Source: Chloroflexota bacterium
Lineage (GTDB): Bacteria; Chloroflexota; Limnocylindria; Limnocylindrales; CSP1-4
Length of the DNA stretch: 43,161 nt
Reading direction: 5' to 3'
Assembly (NCBI GenBank): GCA_043739665.1
Contig: JAYUDR010000022.1
Location: 1 to 43,161 of the forward strand
Every line of letters begins with the position of its first letter. Positions within the stretch are counted from its first letter, which is position 1. Below are positions 9,265-18,186 of the stretch, piece by piece. The notes beneath the pieces were generated by a model, which ran no database searches, had not been told where the DNA came from, and was given only the letters and a program-made list of their open reading frames with translations. A program made the translations under genes and the position numbers.

Positions 9265-11603
9265 CGACCACGGAAGTCCTGTACCGCGAGGCGAGCCGAC
9301 CGATTGACGAACGAGTGAGCGATCTCCTCGGGCGGATGACGCTCGAGGAGAAGCTCGCCCAGCTGGGTTCGTTCTGGTCTCACGAGATCCTGACTCATGA
9401 GGCATTCGACCCGGCGAAAGCCGTGACGCGTATCGGTAAGGGAGTCGGCCAGATCACTCGCCTGGCCGGCGCCACCAACCTGGCTCAGCGCGCCGTGGCT
9501 GAACTCGCCAACGAGATCCAGCGCTTCCTGGTAGAGAAGACGCGGCTCGGCATCCCGGCCGTGGTCCACGAGGAATGCCTCCACGGGCTGCTGGCCCTCG
9601 ATTCGGTCTGCTTCCCGCAGTCGATAGGCCAGGCCGCAACCTGGCAGCCTGAGCTGGTCCAGGCTATGGCCTCTCGTCTCGGGCGAGAGCTTCGTGCCGC
9701 GGGCGCTCAGCAGGCGCTCGCCCCCATACTTGATATCGCCCGCGATCCACGCTGGGGCCGGATCGAGGAGACGTACGGCGAGGATTCCTACCTGGTTGCG
9801 GAGCTGGGCGCGGCCTACGTCCGCGGACTCCAGGGTGACGGCGCTCCCCAGGAACGCGTTATCGCGACCGGCAAGCACATGGTCGGCCACGGGTTGCCCG
9901 AGGGCGGTCTCAACCACGCCCCGTCGCACATCGGTGCGCGCGAGTTGGAAGATGCGTTCCTCTTTCCGTTCGAGGCCGCCGTCCGTGACGCAGGCCTGCG
10001 GTCAATGATGCACGCCTACGATGACGTGGACGGCATGCCATGCGTCGCCTCGAGGGCACTGCTGACCGACACGCTTCGGGGTCGATGGGGCTTCGACGGG
10101 ACCGTCGTCTCGGACTATTTCGGCATCGACGAACTGATAACTTCTCACGCGATGACCAGCGACCGTTCGGTCGCGGCCGCCCTGGCGCTCGAGGCCGGCG
10201 TGGATATCGAACTGCCAACCACGCAGCAATACGGAATCCACCTGGCGCAGGCCGTCGCGGCGGGCCGGGTCGAACTGGCCACAGTCGATCTGGCCGTGGG
10301 CCGCGTGTTGCGGTCCAAATTCGACCTTGGGCTGTTCGAGAATCCGTACGTCGTTCCGGCGGCGGCCGAGATTCCATTCGGCGAGGATCGTGTGTTGGCC
10401 CGTGAGATCGCCCGCCGTTCCATGGTTCTTCTGGCCAACAACGGGACGCTGCCGCTTCGAACCGACCTGCGCACAATCGCGGTCATCGGACCGAATGCCG
10501 ACAGCGCCAGGAACCTGCTGGGCGACTACGCGCACGTGGCCCACATGGAGGCGCTGATCGAGATGGGCGGGTTCGGATCGGAGTTGCCGGAAGGGCTCAC
10601 CGTAGCCGATGAACTCGCCGGCCACAGCACGATTCTGGACGCGATCCGGGGCCGCATGGACGCAGCAACGGAAGTCCGTTTCGCGGCCGGTTGCGGCATT
10701 CTCGACGGCGGCGACGCGGGCATAAGCACGGCCGTGGCAGCGGTCAATGGCGCCGACGTGGCCATCGTCGTGGTCGGCGAGCGATCTGGCTTGACCGAGG
10801 ATTGCACCTGCGGCGAGTCGCGCGACCGAATGGAGATCAACCTGCCTGGACGCCAGGGCGAACTCGTGGCGGCCGTAGCGGCCACAGGGACGCCCATCGT
10901 CCTGGTGCTGGTCGCAGGGAGGCCGCTGGCGATCGAATCGGAAGCGGCGGCTTCAGCGGCCGTCGTTCATGCGTGGGTTCCGGGCGAAGAAGGCCCAGAG
11001 GCCCTCGCCGACGTGCTGTTTGGTGTCTCGAACCCGGGCGGCAAGCTGCCGGTCACCGTTCCGCGCCGCGTCGGCCAGATCCCGATCTACTACGGCCACA
11101 AGCCGTCCGGTGGCAAGTCCAACTGGAAGGGACCGTACGTCGACGGCTCGAATCTGCCGCTCTGGCCCTTCGGCTTCGGGATGTCGTACACGCAATTTGA
11201 AGTGCGAGACCTGCGCCTGGACAGGCGGACGGTCGACATCGACGGCGAGTTCGCGGCGAGTGTCGAGGTCCGCAACGTCGGTGACCGTGCCGGCGACGAG
11301 GTCGTTCAGCTGTATGTCCGCGACGAAGAAGCCAGCGTGACCCGGCCGGTGAAGGAGCTGCGTGGCTTCAGGCGGATTGGGCTGGCGGCCGGCGAAAGCC
11401 GCAGGATCACCTTCCAGGTGGCGGTCGAGCAGCTGGCCTTCTCCGGCGTCGACGGCCGTCTCCGCGTCGAACCCGGCCGGGTAACGGTGATGGCCGGGAC
11501 ATCGTCGGAAGATCTGCCTTGCACGGCGGAGATCGAGATCGTCGGAGAGGCCGTCTCGGTCGATGCGCGGACCCGCTACTTCACGAGGGTCGCCGTCGAG
11601 TAG
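9261..11603 (+). CDS. GH3 beta-xylosidase/beta-glucosidase with Fn3-like C-terminal domain
   Basis: RMTLEEK, EECLHG, RDPRWGR, KHM, VSDY nucleophile, CGESRDR, PGGKLP, EVVQLY. Start uncertain: CTG 9261 (CTGA overlap), GTG 9315 or ATG 9336. Confidence 0.93.
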   Translation: MTTTEVLYREASRPIDERVSDLLGRMTLEEKLAQLGSFWSHEILTHEAFDPAKAVTRIGKGVGQITRLAGATNLAQRAVAELANEIQRFLVEKTRLGIPAVVHEECLHGLLALDSVCFPQSIGQAATWQPELVQAMASRLGRELRAAGAQQALAPILDIARDPRWGRIEETYGEDSYLVAELGAAYVRGLQGDGAPQERVIATGKHMVGHGLPEGGLNHAPSHIGARELEDAFLFPFEAAVRDAGLRSMMHAYDDVDGMPCVASRALLTDTLRGRWGFDGTVVSDYFGIDELITSHAMTSDRSVAAALALEAGVDIELPTTQQYGIHLAQAVAAGRVELATVDLAVGRVLRSKFDLGLFENPYVVPAAAEIPFGEDRVLAREIARRSMVLLANNGTLPLRTDLRTIAVIGPNADSARNLLGDYAHVAHMEALIEMGGFGSELPEGLTVADELAGHSTILDAIRGRMDAATEVRFAAGCGILDGGDAGISTAVAAVNGADVAIVVVGERSGLTEDCTCGESRDRMEINLPGRQGELVAAVAATGTPIVLVLVAGRPLAIESEAAASAAVVHAWVPGEEGPEALADVLFGVSNPGGKLPVTVPRRVGQIPIYYGHKPSGGKSNWKGPYVDGSNLPLWPFGFGMSYTQFEVRDLRLDRRTVDIDGEFAASVEVRNVGDRAGDEVVQLYVRDEEASVTRPVKELRGFRRIGLAAGESRRITFQVAVEQLAFSGVDGRLRVEPGRVTVMAGTSSEDLPCTAEIEIVGEAVSVDARTRYFTRVAVE

Positions 11604-11617
11604 GTTCGACCGGACCC

Positions 11618-12994
11618 CTAGACGGCCCGACTCATGGCCAGGTCCGGACGGAGCAGGAACGGCGGCAGATACGCCGGGATGTTTGAGAACGGAAGAACGT
11701 CCGGGTGGAGGGCGATCCCGAGCACGTCGCTCATGAACTGCCGCCGGGCCTGGATTCTCTGCCAGGCTGACGGATAGCTGGCCGCGAATAGCGCGCGCAA
11801 CGATTCGTCGGCGAGCGCCAGGCCGTCCTCAATGTTCGTCGTGAAATAGTCGGTCCCCGTGCCCGGGATTACGTCCACTTGAAGCGCCATGCCGGAGCGC
11901 AGTTCAACACGAGAGTCCCTGGCGATCGGTGAGTTGACCCATTCGTCGAGGTGTATCTGGTGGCCCGGGTTGAGCGAAACGCCGAAGAACGGGTCGCCAA
12001 GGTGGCGTCGGACGATCTCGTAAAGCGCGCCCCCCGTCTGGCCGACGTGGAGCGCGCCATACCACTCGGCGATGGCCGCGAAGTATGGCTGAACCAGCCT
12101 GTCGACGTAGTCCGCGATCCCGCCGGGCAGCTCGTCGGCGCCAGAAACCACAAACCCCGCCCGGCAGTTGAGGGCGCCCCACACGCCGAACGCGACGGTG
12201 AAGGGGTCGCCCCGTTCTATCTTGCGGTCGCCCGGGCTCAGCATACCGAGTGAGGCGCGCGGGCCGGCCGACAGCATCAGGTGGCACGAAAGCGGCATGC
12301 CGTTCCAGCTCAGGAGCCGCGCCGCCTCGCTCTCGCTGATGCCGGGCTGGAGCCCGAACAGCACGCGCTTGACCCCGTCCGAAGTCTGGCAGGCGGCGTA
12401 TTCGAACGCGGCAAGCTGGTCGACTTCGTTGATCACCCGCAGCCCGTCGGCGGCGTTGATGAGCAGGTCGGTCGCGTTCTCGACAAGGCCGGCCGGTCCG
12501 GTCAGGCGCCTCAGCTCGTCCACGATGAACGCCGGCGCCTCGATCGTGTCGCGGCTCGCGTAGGCCTTCCAGCCGACCACGCCGATTCGGCTGCCCTTCC
12601 CGATGCCTTCCGCGGCGAAGATCTCAGCAAGCGACAGGGACCGATCGCGGGGCTGGCCCGGCAAGCTGAACTCCTGGAACAGGACCGTCCGCATCGGCAG
12701 AGGAGCCGCGGCCGCCATGCCACGACACTCGTTGCCGGCCAGAATTGCAGGCCTGTCTGTCGGCCCGAGGACCAGGAGCGCCTCCTCGAAGCGTGGGTCG
12801 AAGCCGGTCAGGTAAGAAAGGCTGGCGCTGTGCTCACGGTCCGCATAGACCACGATCCGGTCGTACCGGCGTGCTTCAGCCCGTTCTCTCAAGTGGCCAA
12901 TTCGGGTCGCGTACAGCTGCGTTGGAATCTCCGGACGCACCTCCGGCATGCCGAAATCCGGCAGGTTGATCTCGACCAGCCGCGCCATGACCAT
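11618..12994 (-). CDS. Divergent creatinase/aminopeptidase-P (M24 pita-bread fold) family protein
   Basis: N-terminal VYADREH...YLTGF creatinase-N pattern; LNPGHQIHLDEW, ALQVDVIP and TNIEDG correspond to M24 motifs; ATG 12994 behind GAAGGA. Confidence 0.7.
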   Translation of the reverse strand: MVMARLVEINLPDFGMPEVRPEIPTQLYATRIGHLRERAEARRYDRIVVYADREHSASLSYLTGFDPRFEEALLVLGPTDRPAILAGNECRGMAAAAPLPMRTVLFQEFSLPGQPRDRSLSLAEIFAAEGIGKGSRIGVVGWKAYASRDTIEAPAFIVDELRRLTGPAGLVENATDLLINAADGLRVINEVDQLAAFEYAACQTSDGVKRVLFGLQPGISESEAARLLSWNGMPLSCHLMLSAGPRASLGMLSPGDRKIERGDPFTVAFGVWGALNCRAGFVVSGADELPGGIADYVDRLVQPYFAAIAEWYGALHVGQTGGALYEIVRRHLGDPFFGVSLNPGHQIHLDEWVNSPIARDSRVELRSGMALQVDVIPGTGTDYFTTNIEDGLALADESLRALFAASYPSAWQRIQARRQFMSDVLGIALHPDVLPFSNIPAYLPPFLLRPDLAMSRAV

Positions 12995-13011
12995 ACGTGC
13001 AGTCCTTCCGT

Positions 13012-14691
13012 TCAGCCCTGAGGAGGTGACCAGGAGCGCGCCTGGGTGGCACTCCGTTCGATCACAACGAACTGGTTCGCCGTCACGCTTAGCCATGGCC
13101 CGGCCACCCCGTCCGGCCACAGGACGCGAACCTGTGCCTCGCCAGCCGGTCCGAGCCCGAAGTGCGTTGGGCCGAGTTGGCCTCCGGCATGGCCACCGCC
13201 CACGGTCAGCTCGCGTGTCATCGTCGTGTCCCCGACCTTGATCTCGATCCAAGCCCCGATCGCGTCACGATTTGGTCCGGGCTGGGTGGGCCGGATCCCG
13301 AGCCAGTTGCCCATCTGGGCCGGCTTGGAGGCGTCGCCCGAGCCCACGTTGCGCCAAACCTTCACGCCCGTGCCGTAGTTGACTTCGACGAGGTCGAGCA
13401 TGCCGTCCAGGTTGAAGTCGGCCAAAGCGGCCCCGCGTCCGCGGGCGTAGTTGAGGATCCCGGCCTTGTCGGCGGCCTCTTTGAAGGTTCCGTCGGGCTG
13501 GCCGAGCAGGAGGTTGTTCGGATCCTTCTGGGCGAAGTCGGGCTGGGCGTTGACGTTGCCTTTGGAGACAAACAAGTCCACGAAACCGTCGTTGTTGACG
13601 TCCTGGAACTCAGGGTGCCATGCGGTGGAGGGCCGCACGTCGCCGCCGATGAAGGGCTGGGCCGCAGTCACGCCGCGCTTGAGGGCGATGTCGCGGTAAG
13701 TCGGGTGCGACGGCCCGGTTGTCAGAGTCTGGAGCTTGTTGTCGTTCTGGCTCGTCGTGAAGATTTCCGGATAGCCGTCACCTGTGAGGTCGTAGCTGGC
13801 GAGGCCCATACCGAAAACCTGCATTGCCACCCAGCCGTCTGCGTCGGTGTATAGGAGCGGAGGCTCGCCACTCGCCATGCGCCATAGCTGATCCTGTCCG
13901 TTGATGTAGTAGTTGCGGTCGTTGGTCATCCTGAGGTCGCGCCGCCCCGAGCGGTCCCAATCGCTGAACAGCATTGACAGCGTGCAGTAGCCGGGGGCGA
14001 GGACGATCGGCGGGCCATAGCCGCCACCGCCCGGGCTTGGCCTGTAGAGCGCACTGTTCGCGCAGTCGAATGTAGGTGCTCCCGAGGCGTCGAGTTGGAG
14101 GTAGTGGCCGACAGCCAGCGTCGGCAACTGGGCCGTTCCTTCCCAGGTCGCGCTGAAGGCACTCGCCCAAGCGTTGGTGTCGGTGAACGACCACGCCGCA
14201 CTCGCCGGTTCGAAACGGCAGTCGCCCAGCCCGCGAAGAAGTTGCGCCCCGCCAACTCGTAGCACCACAAGGTCCACGTTGCCGTCGCCGTTGATGTCGA
14301 TCGGGTAGGCGCCGGCAACGTTCGTGAGATCGGTGGCGGTGGCGTGCAGTCGGGTGAACTTCAGAGCGCCGCCGGTCGCGCTGTCGTTGCGATAGACCGC
14401 CGCGGGGTTGCTGCCGCCGCCGACATACATGTCGGGCCTGCCATCGCCGTTGCAGTCGAAAACCGCGACGCCTCCTCCAGTCGCGAACTTCGCGCCATCA
14501 CCGTCGTAGACCTGGTCGACCCCTGCGGTGGCCGTCTCATCAATGAAATGGGGCGGGCCCGCGGCGGTCGTGGGCGTCGCTCCCGCCTGGTGGCTGACGA
14601 AGTAACCGACCGCGGCCACACCGATGATGGACACCGTTACGACGACGGCGACGAGACCGAGCAGCCGGCGTCTCAAAGGACCGGGGCTCAT
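13012..14691 (-). CDS. CRTAC1-family protein: FG-GAP/VCBS repeats + C-terminal ASPIC/UnbV domain, N-terminal membrane anchor
   Basis: Repeated DxN/DGDGxxD loops (DCNGDGRPD, DINGDGNVD, DLTGDGYPE, DVNNDGFVD, DFNLDGMLD); NRDAIGAWIEI...HFGLG ASPIC/UnbV; ATG 14691 behind GAGG. Confidence 0.88.
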   Translation of the reverse strand: MSPGPLRRRLLGLVAVVVTVSIIGVAAVGYFVSHQAGATPTTAAGPPHFIDETATAGVDQVYDGDGAKFATGGGVAVFDCNGDGRPDMYVGGGSNPAAVYRNDSATGGALKFTRLHATATDLTNVAGAYPIDINGDGNVDLVVLRVGGAQLLRGLGDCRFEPASAAWSFTDTNAWASAFSATWEGTAQLPTLAVGHYLQLDASGAPTFDCANSALYRPSPGGGGYGPPIVLAPGYCTLSMLFSDWDRSGRRDLRMTNDRNYYINGQDQLWRMASGEPPLLYTDADGWVAMQVFGMGLASYDLTGDGYPEIFTTSQNDNKLQTLTTGPSHPTYRDIALKRGVTAAQPFIGGDVRPSTAWHPEFQDVNNDGFVDLFVSKGNVNAQPDFAQKDPNNLLLGQPDGTFKEAADKAGILNYARGRGAALADFNLDGMLDLVEVNYGTGVKVWRNVGSGDASKPAQMGNWLGIRPTQPGPNRDAIGAWIEIKVGDTTMTRELTVGGGHAGGQLGPTHFGLGPAGEAQVRVLWPDGVAGPWLSVTANQFVVIERSATQARSWSPPQG

Positions 14692-14719
14692 GGCCTCGTT
14701 CGAGCCGGGCGATCCCACG

Positions 14720-16600
14720 TCACGACCCAACCACTCCGCTGAAGTAGCGCTGAGCGAGCGTCCAGGCGGCCTTGCCGCAGACAGACCCGATTTGCCGACC
14801 GGTGAAGTCGTCCGCCTGGATGTGGATGCCGCCCCACAGGCGCGACTGGCCGGCCTGATCCGCGGCATCGTAGTACGTCGCCCATTCGAGGTGTATGTCC
14901 GTGGTCGGCCCGGCCTCGAACTTGAGTGAGCCGGCCTTGATCGTGTAGCTCGCTACGCCACCGGGGAAGTATTCGCTGCCGGTGAAGCCGACCAACACTT
15001 CCGCAGCCGCCCGACTAAATGTGCTGTGTCCCGATACGAACGCGGAGAACGACGGCGTCACGAAGGTAGGCAGCTGATACGGGACCCAGTTGGCAGCCAG
15101 GATCCACTTGACGCCGCCCACCTGAGTCTTGGGGTCATCAGGAGTCCCGGCCCAGGCCCGGATTGCAATCGAGCCGACGTGGCCGGCGAGCGCGGCATGT
15201 CGCTGGCCGGGCGTGCTCGACTCTGCGGTGATGACCTCGATCAGCCCGGGGACCAGAGGCAGGCCTTCCTTGTTATACGAGGGCCCATTGGGGTCGGTCG
15301 ACTGGCCCAGCCCGCCCATGTATCGAATCGTGGAAATGGGTCGAGAGGAGTCGTAGTCGCCCTTTAGCCCCCAGGCCGCAATGGCGGCATCGTGTACGGC
15401 GCCGTTGAGTGCCAGGTAGAGCTTGACGTCCCATTGGAGGCGATCGACGGCCGCACCAGTACCACCGATCCGGAGGTTGGGAGAGAGTTCGTCGGAGGCG
15501 AGATTCGCGAGGACGTTCCAATGCCCCGGGGGCGTCTCGGAGTTGGGGCCGTCGGCCCAGAACTCCGCCATTACCCGCCCGAAATCACCCTCGTTGACGA
15601 CGTCCGCCGGGTACGGCTGACCCGTGATGGGATTGACCGAGCGCCCCTTGCCATCGTTAGACCCGAGGCTGTTGTTGCCACGAGCCGCCGGCGAGATGTC
15701 GATGGTGGCTGCGGCGGTTGGATCCAGCAGGCTGCTGTCGCGGATTACCTCGACCGCCTGGTCCTTGAGAGCCTGGTCCGTCGCGGGGTCGCCGAGTCGA
15801 GGCGGCGGACCCGGGTCGATCGGCACGCCGTTGGCGCCACTCTCAGGCAGGCCGAAGCTCTTGACATAACCCCACTGGGGAGCCACGTTCGACTGGACGC
15901 CGTTCACGACCGGGATGCCGTTCTGGGAAATCATGTGGAGGATCCGGAGCGGCTGCCAGCGGTTGGGATCCGCCATTGTCGTACCCGGCTCCGCTACCAC
16001 GAGCGGCGGGTTCACCGGCTTGTAGGAGGGGTCGGCGTAGCCGCCGGCCTGGTTCGAACCGTCTGTCAGTCCATAGTCGAGCACGGCCTTGGCGATCCGG
16101 TTCCCGAGGGCCGCGGGCGAGCTGCCTACGGTGGTCGTTACGTTGAGCGGATGGCAGAGCGAATCCATGACGTCGTCGAACTCGGAGAGCGACTGATCGG
16201 CTCCCACCGCTTTGATGAAGCGGGCGGTGAGGACGCGATAGGCCGCATAGCTGATGGCCTCGTCGCGGGCTCCGGCCACGTCCGACGCAGAGGCCTTCTC
16301 CTTCACCAGGTAGCCGGAAGCCCCTGGATCGTAAGCCGCCCACGCGTCCCACATCGCCACGGACGTATGGAACAAGTTCCGAGCGTGTAGGGGTGGGTTC
16401 GGGAGCGCCCGCCGGATCGCATCCAACAGAGCCTCGTCCCAGCGTCGGGCGACAGACCACTCGGGATGACTCCGGGTCGCCGAACAAGTTTGCGTCTGGT
16501 CCCACGGGTGAACCGCGAGGGCACCCGCGCCGCCCGCGACCAGCACGAAGAATGCCACCGCTGCCAGGGCAAACTTGCGCCGTGCTCGGCTCGCCAGCAT
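14720..16600 (-). CDS. Exported vanadium-dependent haloperoxidase-family (PAP2 superfamily) protein
   Basis: Vanadate-binding motifs KGDYDSSRP, FVSGHS and SRLWGGIHIQAD; N-terminal signal/TM; SVARRWDEALLDAIR...HARNLFH N-terminal helical bundle; AAGGA RBS. Confidence 0.85.
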   Translation of the reverse strand: MLASRARRKFALAAVAFFVLVAGGAGALAVHPWDQTQTCSATRSHPEWSVARRWDEALLDAIRRALPNPPLHARNLFHTSVAMWDAWAAYDPGASGYLVKEKASASDVAGARDEAISYAAYRVLTARFIKAVGADQSLSEFDDVMDSLCHPLNVTTTVGSSPAALGNRIAKAVLDYGLTDGSNQAGGYADPSYKPVNPPLVVAEPGTTMADPNRWQPLRILHMISQNGIPVVNGVQSNVAPQWGYVKSFGLPESGANGVPIDPGPPPRLGDPATDQALKDQAVEVIRDSSLLDPTAAATIDISPAARGNNSLGSNDGKGRSVNPITGQPYPADVVNEGDFGRVMAEFWADGPNSETPPGHWNVLANLASDELSPNLRIGGTGAAVDRLQWDVKLYLALNGAVHDAAIAAWGLKGDYDSSRPISTIRYMGGLGQSTDPNGPSYNKEGLPLVPGLIEVITAESSTPGQRHAALAGHVGSIAIRAWAGTPDDPKTQVGGVKWILAANWVPYQLPTFVTPSFSAFVSGHSTFSRAAAEVLVGFTGSEYFPGGVASYTIKAGSLKFEAGPTTDIHLEWATYYDAADQAGQSRLWGGIHIQADDFTGRQIGSVCGKAAWTLAQRYFSGVVGS

Positions 16601-16738
16601 TTCCTTTACCCCGCTGACTACGTCGGCGCCCGTCGGCGCCCGTCGATTCTGAACGGCCGGCCTGCCGGCTCCGCGCTTATGTCAGCGGCCGGCCCAGGCG
16701 GTGGCCCCCATCAGCCCGAAACGCAGCCGACCACGCTC

Positions 16739-16822
16739 GCATACGTATGTAGCATACGTTAGCTCGGCGGTCAACTCAGTGGTTTGCTATTGCAGATATT
16801 CGATGTGCGGCATACGATTGCG
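16739..16822. promoter_or_regulatory. Second copy (inverted) of the divergent promoter/operator cassette
   Basis: GCATACGTATGT 16739-16750, GCATACGTTAGC 16752-16763, GCATACGATTGC 16810-16821; minus strand TTGACC(16774-16769)-N17-TACATA(16751-16746). Confidence 0.7.
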
Positions 16823-16996
16823 GCAGAGACATACCGCGGGAACCCTCGAGCACGAGAGCCAAGTATCCGATCCCGACCACCATCCGGTCATCGCTGGCAA
16901 AGGGCGAGCAGGAGGATAACAGCCCGGCGCAAAGGTCCCGAGGCGGTCGGTCGAACCGGAGACATTCCGCGGACTCTTAGGGAGGTAAGGATTTCG

Positions 16997-18085
16997 ATGA
17001 TGTTTAGTCGCAAAGCAGTGGCGCTTGTTTCAGTTGCTGCGATCCTCGCGTCGGCCTGTTCGGGCGCCGGAGCGACCCAGAGTGCTGCGGTCGTTCCTGC
17101 CAGCGCGCCCGCCGCGTCAGGCTGCACCGTCGGCGTTTCATGGAACAACTACCAGGAAGAGCGCTGGGCCAAGTGGGACGAGCCCGCCATCAAGCAAGCG
17201 CTGACCGATGGCGGCGCCAAGTACATCTCAAACGATGCCAAGTCCTCTCCTGAAACTCAGGCCTCGAACGTCGAGAACCTCATTTCGCAGGGCGCCAAGG
17301 TCGTGATCATCCTGGCCCAGGACGGGACAGCCATCAAGCCGGCCGTCGCGGCCGCCCTCGCCGCTAAGGTCCAGGTCATCGCTTATGACCGCCTGATCGA
17401 GGATCCCAAGGCGCTCTACATCACGTTCGACAACGTCGAAGTTGGGCGCATGCAGGCTCGAGCCGTATTCGCGGCCCAGCCCAAGGGCAACTACGTAGTC
17501 ATCAAGGGCAACAAGGCCGACGCCAATGCCGACTTCCTACGGTCCGGCATGGACGAGATCATCAAGGCCGCGGTCACGTCGAAAGACATCAAGATCGTCG
17601 GCGAGACCTACACCGACAACTGGCTGCCGGCCAACGCCCAGACGGAGATGGAGCAGTTCCTGACCGCCAATAGCAACAAGGTCGACGCCGTTCTCTCCGA
17701 GAACGACGGCATGGCCGGTGGTGTTGTGGCTGCCCTCAAGGCACAGGGCCTCGCGGGTAAGGTTCCGGTCTCCGGTCAGGACGGCGATCTCGCCGCGCTG
17801 AACCGGGTTGCACTTGGCACCCAGACAGTTGACGTCTGGAAGGACGCTCGCGAACTTGGCAAGACTGCCGGCCAAGCTGCCGTCGCGATGTGCGGCGGCA
17901 CGACGATCGACAAGGTCACAGGGGCCAAGTCGTTCACGTCCCCGGGCGGGAACACCCTTAACTCCATCCTTCTTACGCCGATCGCCATCACCAAGAGCAA
18001 CCTCTCGGTCGTTCTTGATGCGAAGTGGATCGAGAAGGCCGCGCTCTGCAAGGACGTGACGGCCGGCGCGGTTCCAGGCTGCTAG
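16997..18085 (+). CDS. xylF: D-xylose ABC transporter (CUT2) substrate-binding lipoprotein
   Basis: Lipobox ILASAC; EERWAKD, IAYDRLI, FDNVEVG, ENDGMA, VSGQD and VDVWKD are XylF/ChvE motifs; GGAGG RBS; xylose context. Confidence 0.88.
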   Translation: MMFSRKAVALVSVAAILASACSGAGATQSAAVVPASAPAASGCTVGVSWNNYQEERWAKWDEPAIKQALTDGGAKYISNDAKSSPETQASNVENLISQGAKVVIILAQDGTAIKPAVAAALAAKVQVIAYDRLIEDPKALYITFDNVEVGRMQARAVFAAQPKGNYVVIKGNKADANADFLRSGMDEIIKAAVTSKDIKIVGETYTDNWLPANAQTEMEQFLTANSNKVDAVLSENDGMAGGVVAALKAQGLAGKVPVSGQDGDLAALNRVALGTQTVDVWKDARELGKTAGQAAVAMCGGTTIDKVTGAKSFTSPGGNTLNSILLTPIAITKSNLSVVLDAKWIEKAALCKDVTAGAVPGC

Positions 18086-18111
18086 CAGCAAATCCGCAAC
18101 CCTGAACACGC

Positions 18112-18158
18112 TAAGCGCCCTGCGCGAGCGGACTACAATCCGCGGCGCAGGGCGCTTA
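18112..18158 (+). other. Long stem-loop after xylF (stabiliser or leaky terminator)
   Basis: TAAGCGCCCTGCGC..GCGGA-CTACAA-TCCGC.GCGCAGGGCGCTTA followed by TTATC. Confidence 0.7.
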
Positions 18159-18186
18159 TTATCAAATCGGCGAGAGAGGCGTCAGG

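Noticed and set aside
16621-16645. 2.5 x CGTCGGCGCC direct repeat upstream of the haloperoxidase start
   Set aside because: Short GC-rich slippage repeat with no other copies noticed.
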